The position numbers and the translations under genes were made by a program. Shown here piece after piece: positions 49,089 to 60,910 of a stretch of 64,000 nt of DNA. The notes below the pieces were generated by a model. It searched no databases. It saw nothing but the letters and a program-made list of their open reading frames with translations, and had not been told where the DNA came from. The stretch lies in assembly GCA_026025075.1 (NCBI GenBank), contig JAPEUI010000048.1:1-64000 (forward strand). The letters are read 5' to 3'. The stretch comes from Vezdaea acicularis (lineage: Eukaryota). Position 1 is the first letter of the stretch. Every line of letters starts with the position of its first letter.

Positions 49089-50918
49089 ATGTTTAACTCA
49101 CGGATCTTACCCAGAAACACCTCGGGCCCCTGCCGGTCAACCCTATCATGTGCTTTGAGGTCATTCCATGATCATGGTTCTCACCTACGATCATCCAGAC
49201 GGTTCATGACCTCTTTTTTACCTCATAGGCCAAGCAAAGCTCGGCCTAGGGGAAGCTTTGTGACCTCTCCTCTAACTCTTATCATTTTCGTATCCGCCCT
49301 AGCTATTGGCATTGAGTACTCCCCCAGCTCATCCTCTTGGTTATGGAATGGAGGCATAGGGTTGTTGTCAAGTGAAGCTTTTGCAGAGGAGCCTGGTCCG
49401 GTACTGGAAAAGCCCAAGAGGAAAGGCCAAACCAAAGAAGAAAATCGCGATCTCATCAGCTCACAACATCTTCAAGTCAAACGAAGCTGGCAGAACCCAG
49501 GCGTGTATGCATGGGGCTCCAATAGCGGCAGAGTAGTCGCGCTGGACTCAAACGAGACCTTCATCAAGACGCCACGCCGTATTCTCTTCTTCGATGGTCA
49601 GCTCCTGCGGGACCTGAAACTCGACCGCAACTTTGGCGCTGCCATCGACGTCCATGGCGACCTGCTTCAATGGGGTACCGGCTTCTCTCCTGAGATTACT
49701 CAACCTACGAAAACCCTCTGTAGCAAGAACCTAATCTCTCTATCCCTCTCCCGAGACCGTGTCATTGCTCTCTCATCCGACGGAACCGTCTACTCCCTCC
49801 CCTGCGCCCAATCCGACCAGACCACCGGCACCAAGCCCTTAGAAGCGACCTGGCTCCCCTTCTGGACCATCCGTTCCCCCATCAGCTACCGCACCCTCAC
49901 CCCCTCAACCCTCTCCTGGTCTGAGAAAATCATATCGATCTCTGGCGGGCTCGAGCACGTTCTCCTCCTTACCTCTAAAGGGCGGCTCTTCTCCGCTGCT
50001 GCGGGCTCCCAGGACTTCCCCTCCCGAGGCCAATTGGGCATCGCCGGCTTAACATGGTCCACCCGCCCTAATGGACCCTACGACCAAACTCACGAGATCA
50101 CCACCCTCCGCGGCTTTGATATTGCCAAGATCGCAGCAGGGGACTACCACTCTCTTGCTGCCGATCGTGACGGGCGCGTCTTCGCCTTCGGCGACAACAG
50201 CAGCGGGCAGCTAGGGTTTGACTACAACCCCGAATCTTTGGCCATCGACGTGCCATCCCTCCTGCCCATCCAGAAACTATACAACGGCACTAACCAGGTA
50301 CCCAAAGTAACCAACGTCGCCGCCGGGGGTGCGAACAGTTTCTTCAGCGTTGACGCGACGCGCGTTGCGGGTCAAGGAGAAGATAATCCGCACGAGCGTG
50401 GCTTTCTAGGGCGCGTCTCGGCGGATACGTGGTCGTGCGGGCAGGGTATCACGGGCACGCTGGGGAATGGGCGCTGGACGCACATGCAGGGGAAGCCGAC
50501 AAAGATCAAGGCGTTGTCGGGACTGTTCGAGTATGATGAGAACACAAACCAGGTAGTTCCCATCCGACTGGCGCACTTGAGTGTGGGCTCGACGCACGCG
50601 GCGGCGGTTATGGATAATGTGACGCATGTCGGAGCGAGCGATCGCAGCTCGGAGAATGATACGAACTGGGGCGCGGACGTGGTGTGGTGGGGCGGGAATG
50701 AGTTCTACCAAATTGGTACAGGGAAACGAAATAACGTCAATCAGCCGATTTATATCGCGCCGTTGGATGTGGATGCCGATAAGGAGAAGGGGAGGAGAGA
50801 AGAGCACAGATTTCAGATCACGCCACGGCATACGATCAAATTCAACGGATGGAAGGTCAGTATGGAGCAGCGGATCGAGTGTGGGCGGCATACGACAGCT
50901 GTGTATTCTGGGCTCTAG
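49089..50918 (+). CDS. FMP25: Mitochondrial RCC1-repeat protein Fmp25
   Basis: 609-aa ORF with targeting peptide and TM segment, SWQNPGVYAWGSNSG, GGLEHVLLLT, IAAGDYHSLA, VFAFGDNSSGQLG, WWGGNEFYQIGTGKRNN. Confidence 0.92.
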   Translation: MFNSRILPRNTSGPCRSTLSCALRSFHDHGSHLRSSRRFMTSFLPHRPSKARPRGSFVTSPLTLIIFVSALAIGIEYSPSSSSWLWNGGIGLLSSEAFAEEPGPVLEKPKRKGQTKEENRDLISSQHLQVKRSWQNPGVYAWGSNSGRVVALDSNETFIKTPRRILFFDGQLLRDLKLDRNFGAAIDVHGDLLQWGTGFSPEITQPTKTLCSKNLISLSLSRDRVIALSSDGTVYSLPCAQSDQTTGTKPLEATWLPFWTIRSPISYRTLTPSTLSWSEKIISISGGLEHVLLLTSKGRLFSAAAGSQDFPSRGQLGIAGLTWSTRPNGPYDQTHEITTLRGFDIAKIAAGDYHSLAADRDGRVFAFGDNSSGQLGFDYNPESLAIDVPSLLPIQKLYNGTNQVPKVTNVAAGGANSFFSVDATRVAGQGEDNPHERGFLGRVSADTWSCGQGITGTLGNGRWTHMQGKPTKIKALSGLFEYDENTNQVVPIRLAHLSVGSTHAAAVMDNVTHVGASDRSSENDTNWGADVVWWGGNEFYQIGTGKRNNVNQPIYIAPLDVDADKEKGRREEHRFQITPRHTIKFNGWKVSMEQRIECGRHTTAVYSGL

Positions 50919-51121
50919 GGACGGGCACGACATAGAAATACGCACTCGTTCAGATCAGGAGTATAGGTAGCTCGCTCACAACTAACAACCAAAAAGGGAG
51001 TCAACCTTACAATGGATTCGAAAGAGGCTGAAGCCGAATTGCTACCCCAATCGCTCCCTTTACCCAATTCCCAAACCGGTCACGCCTGGTCCAATGATCT
51101 CCCCATCGCATTTCTCCGTTC

Positions 51122-52534
51122 TCATTTCTCGGACGGCGCGTTCCACAATCCTTGTCCCACCCCTTTATCCCCTATCTTGCTACTCACGCTCATTCCCCCC
51201 ATCTTGACATCCTCTCCATCTACGCTCTCTGGTACAGGCTGCTTCTCCAAAGGTGCTTTGACCGCTTTCCCAGAATCCTTATTCGGCTCTCTACTTACGG
51301 CGCCATCCATCATTTGCCCACCTCTCCTGAGCTTGTTGATGGCTTGGATGGTGTCGATAGCAGCATGTAGTGTGCGGCGCGCGTTGAAGTTCTTCTTGAC
51401 AACGGGGAGAAGATCGGACTCATCGGATAGCCCGGCCTCGGCGACGAATGCGTGGGAGAGGGCTTCGTGGGCAGTCATTCGCGCGGTGGGGTCGACGGTT
51501 AGGCATTTTTTAATAAAGTCGCGTGCTACGGGGGAGCTAGTCAGCTGCTAGGAGTGGAGGAGGTTTAAAGGGATCACGAACCTTGCTCAGAGACGCCACG
51601 CCAGTATTCTATAGGGGTAAAACTGTAGTCGGCGACGAGAATGGCTTGCATTTCTTCGAGGTTCGAGTCGCGGTCAAAGGGAGTATAGCCACAGAGTAGA
51701 AAATAGGTGATTACGCCGATTGCCCAGACATCGCTTTTTCACAGTTAAAAACGCGATAGATAATGTAAGCGGTAGGGCTGTCTTACACTGGCTTTCCATG
51801 CCCAGACTTCTTAAAGATCTCTGGTGCCATGTACCCTGGTGTTCCGCAGGTCGTAGTCAGGACATGAAACTGCTCCTCGTCCATGATTCTGGAAAGGCCA
51901 AAGTCGGCAATTAGGAGGTCGGCGTTATCTTCGGGTGTTCGGAAGAGAAGGTTCTCTGGCTTCAAATCCCGGTGGACAATGCCATGGTCGTGAAGGTATG
52001 CAACGGCAGACAGGGTTGCTCGGATGAGATCCGCGGCATCACTCTCGTAGTAGCTCCCTTTCCTACAGATGCGGTCAAATAGCTCTCCTCCAAGGGCAAG
52101 GTCGGTGACAAGATATACTAAGGCAGACGGTTAGCATTCATCCCATGGTCGAGACTTGGAGGTTGCTAAGATGCGCGAAAGACTAAGCACTTACAGTTAT
52201 TCATCGTTTCGAAGTAGTCAACTAGAGTGAGAATATTCTGATGCCCCATGGAGACTTTCTTAAGCACCGCGATCTCATTGCGAACCTACGGATATCAACG
52301 ATTAAAGAGCCGTACCCAAATGCCCCCCCCCAAAGGAATGCTACATACCATATGCTCCCTCCCAGCCATGAGCCTCTTGTTTATGACCTTCGCAGCATAG
52401 TATCGACCGGTGTCGATGTGTACGCATTCCTTTACCACCGAGTATGATCCAGCGCCCAATGTCTTCCCAGTCTTATATCTACAGGGCTGAACCTGCGGTT
52501 TGCCCGGCTGTCCATTTGATACTGGTTGTGCCAT
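51122..52534 (-). CDS. cmkB: Ca2+/calmodulin-dependent protein kinase (CmkB-type)
   Basis: VQPCRYKTGKTLGAGSYSVVKEC, AAKVINKRLM, GGELFDRICRKGSY, HRDLKPENLLF, DFGLS, TTCGTPGYMAPE, and CaM-binding FNARRTLHAAIDTIQAINKL. Confidence 0.95.
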
Positions 52535-53039
52535 TTCCAAGTATGAGCTATAGTGGGAAATTTGTCCGCATGGAAGGGCGTTGAGCTGTATGGATCCGGT
52601 CGGTCTTGCTGCCTTCACGGTGTTTCGACCTTCTCATCCACAGGTTGGGGTAAGGCTCTGGCTAGAAAGCTTAATGAGAAGGTTACGTAAATGAGCGTAC
52701 GAGCAAGCTCAGATAACGACCAAGCGAGCTCGCAAGGTCTGTACAGATATTAGGAGGATTCAGACGAAAAGAATGGTTGAGTTCATGGGCTTCATAAGCT
52801 ACAGTAGTGGGGTGATTTCAGCTGCCCCTCGCTACTATAGTGGGGATCACTTTTAGAAGATCCAAAGACCGTCGCGTCTACTAAACGTCGCTCAAAGATT
52901 TCCTCAATCTTCATAGCTTCGTAAGAACATCTCATTCGATCATTGGTATCAGGTGCACTGCATAGAGTTTTAAAGGTCAAAAGAGACTTTAAAGCTATTC
53001 AGAAGCCGTCTAGTGCGCTGCGAGCATCAACCCATCCAT

Positions 53040-54122
53040 CTAGATTTCCTCCTCGTTTTCGTCTTTGATAGTCAAAGATCCCTTTACCATGACTTGCCGA
53101 TCTACCCACTTCCTCCATGTAGCATATTCCTCGTATTCCAGCGCCACCTTCTTGCCTTGATACCTCACTACGCGCAAATTCACCTTCTGCCAATCTGACT
53201 TCTTCCCGTTCCAGCCTGCCTTTCGCATGAGACTAATGAGGGTTTCCTCCTTGTTCCAGCCCTGCTCAACTGCTATTTGTGGCAGATATGTAGCTCCAAG
53301 CCTCTCATCCTGCCATATGAACGATATGCGTATACCGTGCGTCCCAATCTCCCAGGCTGTTGCTGACGACGCTGTTTCGAAGTCTGTGAGGAGTGTGACC
53401 CTAAATTAATCCCAGTTAGAGAGGTATATCATGGGGGCAGAGCAGACTCAGTGCTTACCCAGCCTCCAAGCTGGACAGCTCAGAGCGATCGATGGGTGCA
53501 AATCTCGAGTCCTCAAACGCGCTACAAAGCGCGAAGTCAGCGGGCTGCTCTTCCCATAGGTATCTTCCATTAAGGATGTGGCTCTCATCTCGCGCTGGCG
53601 TGCTCACGATGTCAGTGCGTAGCTCTTAAGCCCAAAGTCGAGCTCCTGCGCGTCGAAGGTCCCGATGCAGCCTCGAAGGCGCTTGACGCCGCTCCTACTC
53701 ACGACGCTCCATGTGACGAAGAGCGGGCTTTCTTGGATGCCACGAACTTGCGTTGCCTGTGAGCGGCGAGCGAGAGGCTTTAAGGACGACTGAGAGGAGG
53801 TCGTGGAGATCGAGCGACTGGAAGCTGGTGTCTGTGAGGAAGATACGGATCTTGTCGAGGAGGTAGAGGATGCAGACCGGCTCGCAGAACTCTCGGATAG
53901 GAGACGAGCGTAAGCGGTGCGGAGTATGGGTTTTGCTGCAGCGTCGTCGACTTCTTGCTCTGTCATGGTGCCTTCGTCGGCTTCGACTTCACCTTCCCCA
54001 ATCGGCTCCTTATGGTACTCCTCCCAAAGTCCTTGCACCTGAGCTAGTGTTAACTGCTTCCGTTTCTCCAAGCTACTCGCTAGGCTTTCGAAACAGTATA
54101 GACAATGTGCAGACGTAGCCAT
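53040..54122 (-). CDS. AMMECR1-family protein
   Basis: MATSAHCLYCFESL, PLFVTW, LRGCIGTF, YALTS|AFEDSRFAPI, VTLLTDFE, WEIGTHGIRISF, ATYLP, LMRKAGW, RYQG. Confidence 0.95.
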
Positions 54123-54723
54123 CTTGGGGTGATTGAGTTAATCAAAAGCCTCGCTATCGAGCTGGACTTCGTTTTTTTTGCCCCCGGTTTTATGACCACG
54201 TCAGGACGATTACAGATGACAATTTACGAGACCCTTAAAGATAATCGTGACAAGTCTCGATCTTAACAGGAAAGAAGATCATAAATTGGGGGATGGGTGG
54301 GTCAATGTAAGACTTTCGTGCATCGCTTACCCTGGTCACTTTCTTGAGGTACTGGCGATAAGCATTCTCAACATGGTTCTGTCACGAGCGGTGGCTTGCA
54401 ACAGAGCAGAGAATGAGCATATGCTCGCACTTGAATTGGCTTCTAATTACAAATGTATTCCTGTCAAGTATCCAGTGTACCAAATTTAGACCACCAATGA
54501 ATTGTGTAGCATGTACCACATTTTCAGACATCGCTCGTAAGAGAAAGAGTGGAGTCTAATCCTCAGAAGTCTTCGCCAGGTGTGCTCGTACCTCATGAGT
54601 AATACAATCTAGAGACTCAATAAGGGAGCAAAATACCACAAGTGTGAAGGAGAAAGAAAATATCCCAGGCAGACCATCTTCAAGCAATCTGGACCCAGCT
54701 CATGAATTCTCTCGATGACCGCT

Positions 54724-57700
54724 TTAGATGAACCACATGAGCTTCGAGAGTCCCGACTCATCACATATAGGAATTAAGTCGTACTCCCCGTCCTCGTCGC
54801 CTATTCTTGGCTCTCTTGGATTATCTATGGGCATTCTATCCGTCGGTATGTTGTGTTGCGGCAATGCACGAACACTCGCAAGGTGAGCGTAGTATACGGC
54901 CGGATCTGAATAACAGTCAGCTTTGTTTCTAGCGTGAATTACTATAAAACTGACAGAGAGACACTGGAGTCGTAGATCGAGCAAATGTATAGCACTGTTC
55001 ATAGATCATTGTGTACAGCTCATTATTAGGAATTTTTGCTTCATTCAGAAGGACATGATAATGGGTTGGTCGGGCTGTTCCTTGTATAGCCGAATGGGAA
55101 CAGAGATCTTAACGGTCATATTAGTTATATAGCAATATATCTTGAGGTTTGAATTACTTACAAGCATCATTTTCGAATGGGTGAGTCACATCCCGGTCGA
55201 CAAGAACCCCTGGGTAGGGATTAACAGGTCCAGCACTCCTATCTTCATCAGGAAAGAAACGGATGTGGTGTCGCTTTGTACAGATTATGACAACAAATTT
55301 TGGCTAGTTGTGACGAGTCAGCATGAATCACGTCGTAAGTCTTCTTGGATGGGACACCGACCTGCCAACCACTGTACTCCTTTTGGAGGATGTTTTTGAT
55401 GGCCTTTACTTCAAGATCCAACACCTGCTTATACTGACCTTCAGATACCCCATCCCTGAAGTAATACACATGTTGAGGTTTGTCGCCACGGCCCACTTCT
55501 GTGATATAACGCTTTACTTGTGGAAGGAGACAAAACTCCATTGTTTTTTCCATGATCATCTCCACTCGATGGCCGTTCACTTGCACTAAAGCACCATAGC
55601 GAGCAGCATATTCTAATTTGACATTAGCCTTATCGAAACTTTGAAGTCTTGACTAGATAGAAACACTCACTGTCCTGGGAAACAACAACTGCCGCGGCAG
55701 AAGGACCTAGGCTGCCAGGAGCAGGGTGCGAGACGTCCGCTCCTATCACCATAGAGTCGACCTTGAAATGACCGCGTGGGGAGGTCCCAATACGACTAGT
55801 CGTCCCACCAAGTTTGGCGTTGATCTTCATGCAAAGGTTGGATAGGTATTGAGGATTGCATTTGAGTGCTTGGACTGCTTGTACGCACTGTGAAACTATA
55901 CCGTATTTGCAGTCCGTATTCTTTTTAATCTTTGCGTAGATGTGTTGCGTCTTGTCGGGTAACATGAAGAATAGCATCTGGGGTTTTTTTCCGACTATGC
56001 GGGAATTTAGAGAAGCAATGAATAAGTAAAAAGGCGGCGGACTTACGGTTCTTTTCAATACGCCCCAAAAGCTCAGAAATGATATTCCCAGGCGTAGGTC
56101 CCTTAGGGATGTTCTCCAGAACGAACGGATTGTCCGACAAAACTCTTCCACCATGTCTCTTGTAAGTTGCCACCAATTCCTTAGCAAATTTCAAAGCGTC
56201 AGCTCTCTTCATATTAGCCCTATATTCAAGGTTAATTTGACGATTCGGTGCATCTAGGTGAGTCAATGAACTTTACCCATGAAGTATAGCTATGCCCCAT
56301 GTTTCCAATACAACAGTGTTTGGAAGATAGAATTTGGTATTCCTCAAGTCCCATTTGCCAGACAAGCCTGGTGCTGGCTGTTTGCCACTGTGCCCCATCT
56401 GGACAGTAGGTGGAGGTAACAATCGAGCCGTGGTCTAAGCAGGCACTTGAGCGTCTTTCCCAAAGTCTCATAAAGAGTTACTCACCTTTACCATAGACGG
56501 TTCGATGTTTAAGCCATAGGTTGTGAGAAGTTTATCCTGACCCCATTTGAGCATGTCCAGTCCAGCCTGTATATCACGCTTGCGCTGATCGGGTCTCGTA
56601 ACTGCAAACTTAATCATGTTTGACGTCTGCACTTCATCCAGCCTATAATAGTAGCGTTGATTAGGCAAAATCTTGACTACCTCCATTGGAAGCAAGACAC
56701 CTCTCTTTGTGGTTTGTATCAAAGGAAGCTGGGGATAATTGAGCCTTAGAGAATATTTTCCTCTAAAGTACATTTCGAGGGGCACGTTGAGCGAAGGTGG
56801 TCCACCGTCTTTGTTTCTAACATCAAACTTATGTTCATGAGCATTTAGATGGGACATTTTATCGATGATGTAGGTGATTTTCTCTACCAAGAGTTAACAG
56901 ACCATTAGATTTGATCGGTGGCTTTGGGTATCCACCTGCTTCTTTTCCGCGATGGGTGGTGCAGATTGCTAATTTGTGAAGTCGACGAAGGTTCAGGAAA
57001 TCTTCCGACGCATAGACTTTACCGTCTGTGCCCGTTTTTGGTTTCAATTTCTTGATTAGGTCGTGCGGATTGGCTCCACAAGGTTAGCTATTGCACAGGG
57101 GCTCTTCCCCACTTCAACTTAGGAGCTTACTGGCTTTTAGCATTCTGCCTGCTACTTCCATGAAAGGTCCAGCCATCCAAAAGGTGCAGTTCGACACGTC
57201 AGCATTGATACTAAGCTTGCCGCCCTGCGTTGTCTGTCAGTAGCTATGTAGGTAGATTTTGCGGATTGTCGGTACCTGGGTAGCACGGATAGACTGGTAG
57301 ACTCCTTTGAATGCTTCAATGCCACCTCCGAGAGGGTGTTGGATCCTGCCTTTCATGAAATAGGATCTTTTCACCACTGTGAACATCTTCGAAGGGTTTT
57401 GACGCATCAGATGGTCGAGAAAATCTGGTCTCATGTTAGCTTACATCAATCCAGAAGACGCAGATCACTTACTGATACACTCAAGCACGGAGGAGTCAAA
57501 AGCGGCCTTGCCCGCCAGGTAGTTATGAATGTAAGACATGTCAATGGACTTAGTTCGCTTAATCTGAACCTGATGTTCGTTTTTCTTGCCATCTCGAGGC
57601 GTGATGCCTTTTTCTTCGTCCAGATCCACCTTGAAGCTGAATTCTGGTTTCTTAAGTGGAAGTGAAGTAAGAGCCCTACGACCCATTAGGCTATGTTCTC

Positions 57701-58975
57701 CGTATGAGGCACAACAACGTCACTTACCAGGCAAGCTGATGACCGTCGAAGACCCAAGTTTCATCGAAAGCATGACGTTCATCCTTACTATGCATACGCT
57801 CTTCCTTGCACTTCTGGGAATCCCATACTCGTTGTATCAGACCACGTTTTTCAGCACCATCGCCAATGACAATCTTGCACATGTCAGTCGAGATTGGCGA
57901 GAATGAGATTGGTTTGACTTACTGCATATTGGTAGACTTTAGCAGTTGGAAAGGCCGTAACGTTATACGAGTTCACGGCGAGATTGACCGGTTTTCCGAT
58001 ACTGACGAAATCTTGCCCTCGAGGCAAGAAGCCGCCAGGTACATCATACTTCACTTGGTTAGTCTCTCGATCATAACGTCGGTAGTTCAAGTAGTCCATT
58101 TAAGAACGTAGCAACAAAACCAACAATAGATGTGAAGTGATGTAAAGTGAAGTGAGGTAAGATGAGAAAACGGATGGGCAGTGTTTAAATTGTGGGACTC
58201 GCAACTGGAACGTGGTAAGGGGCAAGGCTTCTAGGTTGAAGCATTCACAGAGAAGGTTGCCACAGATTGAGATTGGTCCAACAGATTGAATAGAGTTGAA
58301 TAATAGACCAATTGGACAAGTGTAGTAGATGAGAAGCCGGGACGTGATAGAAGAATAAGTTACAATCAGGAATGAGAGGCAAAAAGAGGCAGAACAAGAC
58401 TGCAGAAGGGTGTTGTATGATGAGAAAAGATAGAAAGGAAGGATGGTTGATTCTGGTGTGAAGAGAGCCATTTATAGGCAGGGGCTGGAGCCTGTAAGTG
58501 CCGACTACCGATCGCGCTGACAAGCACGATTGTGGGTAGACGACTTATGACGCAGCTCCAGCAGGATATGCTCCCTTCAAATAGGTTTGAGGACCTTGCG
58601 GAGATAGTACCAGGAGCGCGAAGGTTGCAAGCTGCGTTGAGAAATCCGGAGGACAGGAAGTCTCATCGCCGTCCAAAGGACATTGGTGAGAGGAATCGAA
58701 AATCAAATCCTCCAAGCGGTCGAAGCAAAAAGAGAAACGTAACTTACTTGGCTGTAGTATTGCCCTTTTAGTTCCATCACTCGCCTCTCATTTGCATTTT
58801 TCGGGTCCGCATGCTCCAATGTACGCTCCACGAATCCAGCTTCCTCCGAAAATTCGACCTCTGGGCCGGCGGTTGCTTGATCACGGGCGGCTACATTAGG
58901 CTCCGTTGCATTGCTATTCCCGTCCGGGCCACCTTGCCTATTCCTAGCATTCCGCCTTTTTGCTGCACCAACCAT
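54724..58975 (-). CDS. Argonaute, SMS-2/S. pombe Ago1-like type
   Basis: About 14 introns. PLGGGIEAFKGVYQSIR, PAZ LPMEVVKILPNQRY, GIVSQCV, YLSNLCMKINAKLGG, PIWI GADVSHP, RVEMI, YFRDGVSEGQY, PAVYYAHLAS, C-terminus LMWFI. Confidence 0.96.
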
Positions 58976-59588
58976 GTTGGCTAGGGAAGAATGGTTTGAG
59001 TGTATGACTATAGAGCGAACGTCGTCAGCAAAGATACAATACCTGTAGACGATGATCAAGCGTCCAAGGATAGAGCCAACTAGATGAAGCTGATAAGAAC
59101 AACAGCTGGGTAGACACAGCCAGTGTTGAGGTACGACACTGGAAGTCTGTCCTATCAACAAGCTAACAGTCGCTTTGAAGCGATGGACTCTACCACACAA
59201 GTAGCATTCAAAATAGCTTGGCAAAGAGAGAAGGGCTTGGAAGCTAGAACCTTCTCTAGGCTCGGTGAAAGTACTCCGCTGAAGTAACGACAAACGACAG
59301 GAAATCGGCCAACATGTCATCAAGGGCCATGTGTAATCAAGGCTCTCAATATTCATAGAGAAGCACTGCAGAACGGAAGAGCTGAACGTTGGGAGAAGGG
59401 TACTCACAATTTAGGGTTGGCCCAGCTTGGGCGGCTCAATTGAAAATTGATAGTTGGGACAAAGTTGTGGAAAGAGGTCGGAAAGATGGATGAGAAGACG
59501 CGCCAAGGTAGGCGCGGTTCTTGGTCGTGTGCGGATGTGGGTAGAATGAAAAGAAAGAGAGGAGAGAGAGCATGGTTGGGGAGGGGGC

Positions 59589-59596
59589 TTTATATA
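59589..59596 (-). promoter_or_regulatory. Putative TATA box of Argonaute (distal promoter)
   Basis: TATATAAA on the minus strand followed by a CT-rich tract. Probable 5'UTR intron 59407-59008 (GTGAGT...GCTGAC...TAG). Confidence 0.5.
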
Positions 59597-60910
59597 GCTG
59601 AGGCAGGACACAGCACGGCGGCGCACAGCACCACACTGCTCCCAACACAGCACGGCAGAGCAAGAGACAATAATGGCAAACTGGAGGTTGGGCCACTCAA
59701 CAGTCGAACCGGGCTATTGTCGCGATGTCGAATGTGTTCAAGCAACATGCGTCACCGGACTTGCGCAGGAGGGCGAAAAACACGATCTTCGCGCGGGTTG
59801 CGTGTTTAGTGCAAACGGACCTCAGTGCAGCGGGCACCTGCAGCAAAACCAGGGCATTGTTTCCCTTTCCCTTAGTATTATCGCCGTTACCGCAGCCCTT
59901 CGAACTAGCGCCGAGTAATTGTGAAAGGCGCGGCGGTGGGCCCTCACTCCTGCTGTATAGTTGTGACTGCTTCGCTTGATTGGACTTGAGCCCCTTCTAA
60001 ATCTACCTTCATCGCATTTTCTTGATGCATCCGAGATCTCTCCTCTCTATACAAGAAGATAGCGCCGTGTTGTAGTAGAGCACTGCCTATTGTAGCTACA
60101 CTGAGCGATGATATGGTCAAGCGCAGCGAATGTCATTCCTCTATCCTTGGCCGACAAGTCCGCGCACCCACACCATATCTGTAGAGAGGCATGACCTCTC
60201 CGTGGGCGGATCGTAGGATATGCTACTGAGATGTCATAGTACAGCGTCGTAGATTTAGTCACGCTCCGAGGTTTCATGATATGCTCGATAGGAAAAGCCA
60301 CAAGTAGTTCTGGGAACTACGTCCCTTTAGATTAGAGATTGAAAGTATACACACTAAGCTTTTGACCTCCGTGGGTCGTCCAAACATAGCTGGTCGATTG
60401 AACGCCCACCGCAATGCCCAGCTAAAATGCGCTCATAGCCACCCACGCCGCCGAAGTAGCATCTGTCGAATACAGCCAGAGGGGAAGGTATCATCTCCAT
60501 GTCGATTCTCACACAGGTAAAAGATGCAATTCCATATACAATATAGTCGCGTGAGCAGCTCTACATTACAATTAGGCACTGTCGGAGCGGCGCTTTGAGG
60601 ATCACAAGGATCTCGCATGGATCAAACCGGTACCATAGGCGGGAGTAGGCTGAGTCTGCTGGCAAATGTGTGTTTATCTATAGGTATACGGCCCTGTAGA
60701 CTTGTCAGATTACTACATGTTCCGATTAAACCACCGATCTCCGCTCCGATTTGCGGATAAATGAGAAGACTTATGCAACAAAGTAGAAGGCCACCGATTG
60801 TTTGGACGTGTCCCTTAACTGAAAGCAAGTTGAGACCGAGGTACTCAAGAAGAAAAGTAACCTTGCGGTTAAATCATTTGACCTGACAGGAATGAAAGTA
60901 TCGGGCCATG

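Noticed and set aside
59008..59050. CAG|GTATTG recursive-splice-like junction in the Argonaute 5'UTR intron
   Set aside because: The remaining segment is only about 35 nt and the upstream branch point is weak.
59411..59418. Other telomere-like octamers (TTAGGGTT here; also near 19327 and 43742)
   Set aside because: Isolated matches expected by chance, with no adjacent boundary helix or other TER-like context noticed.
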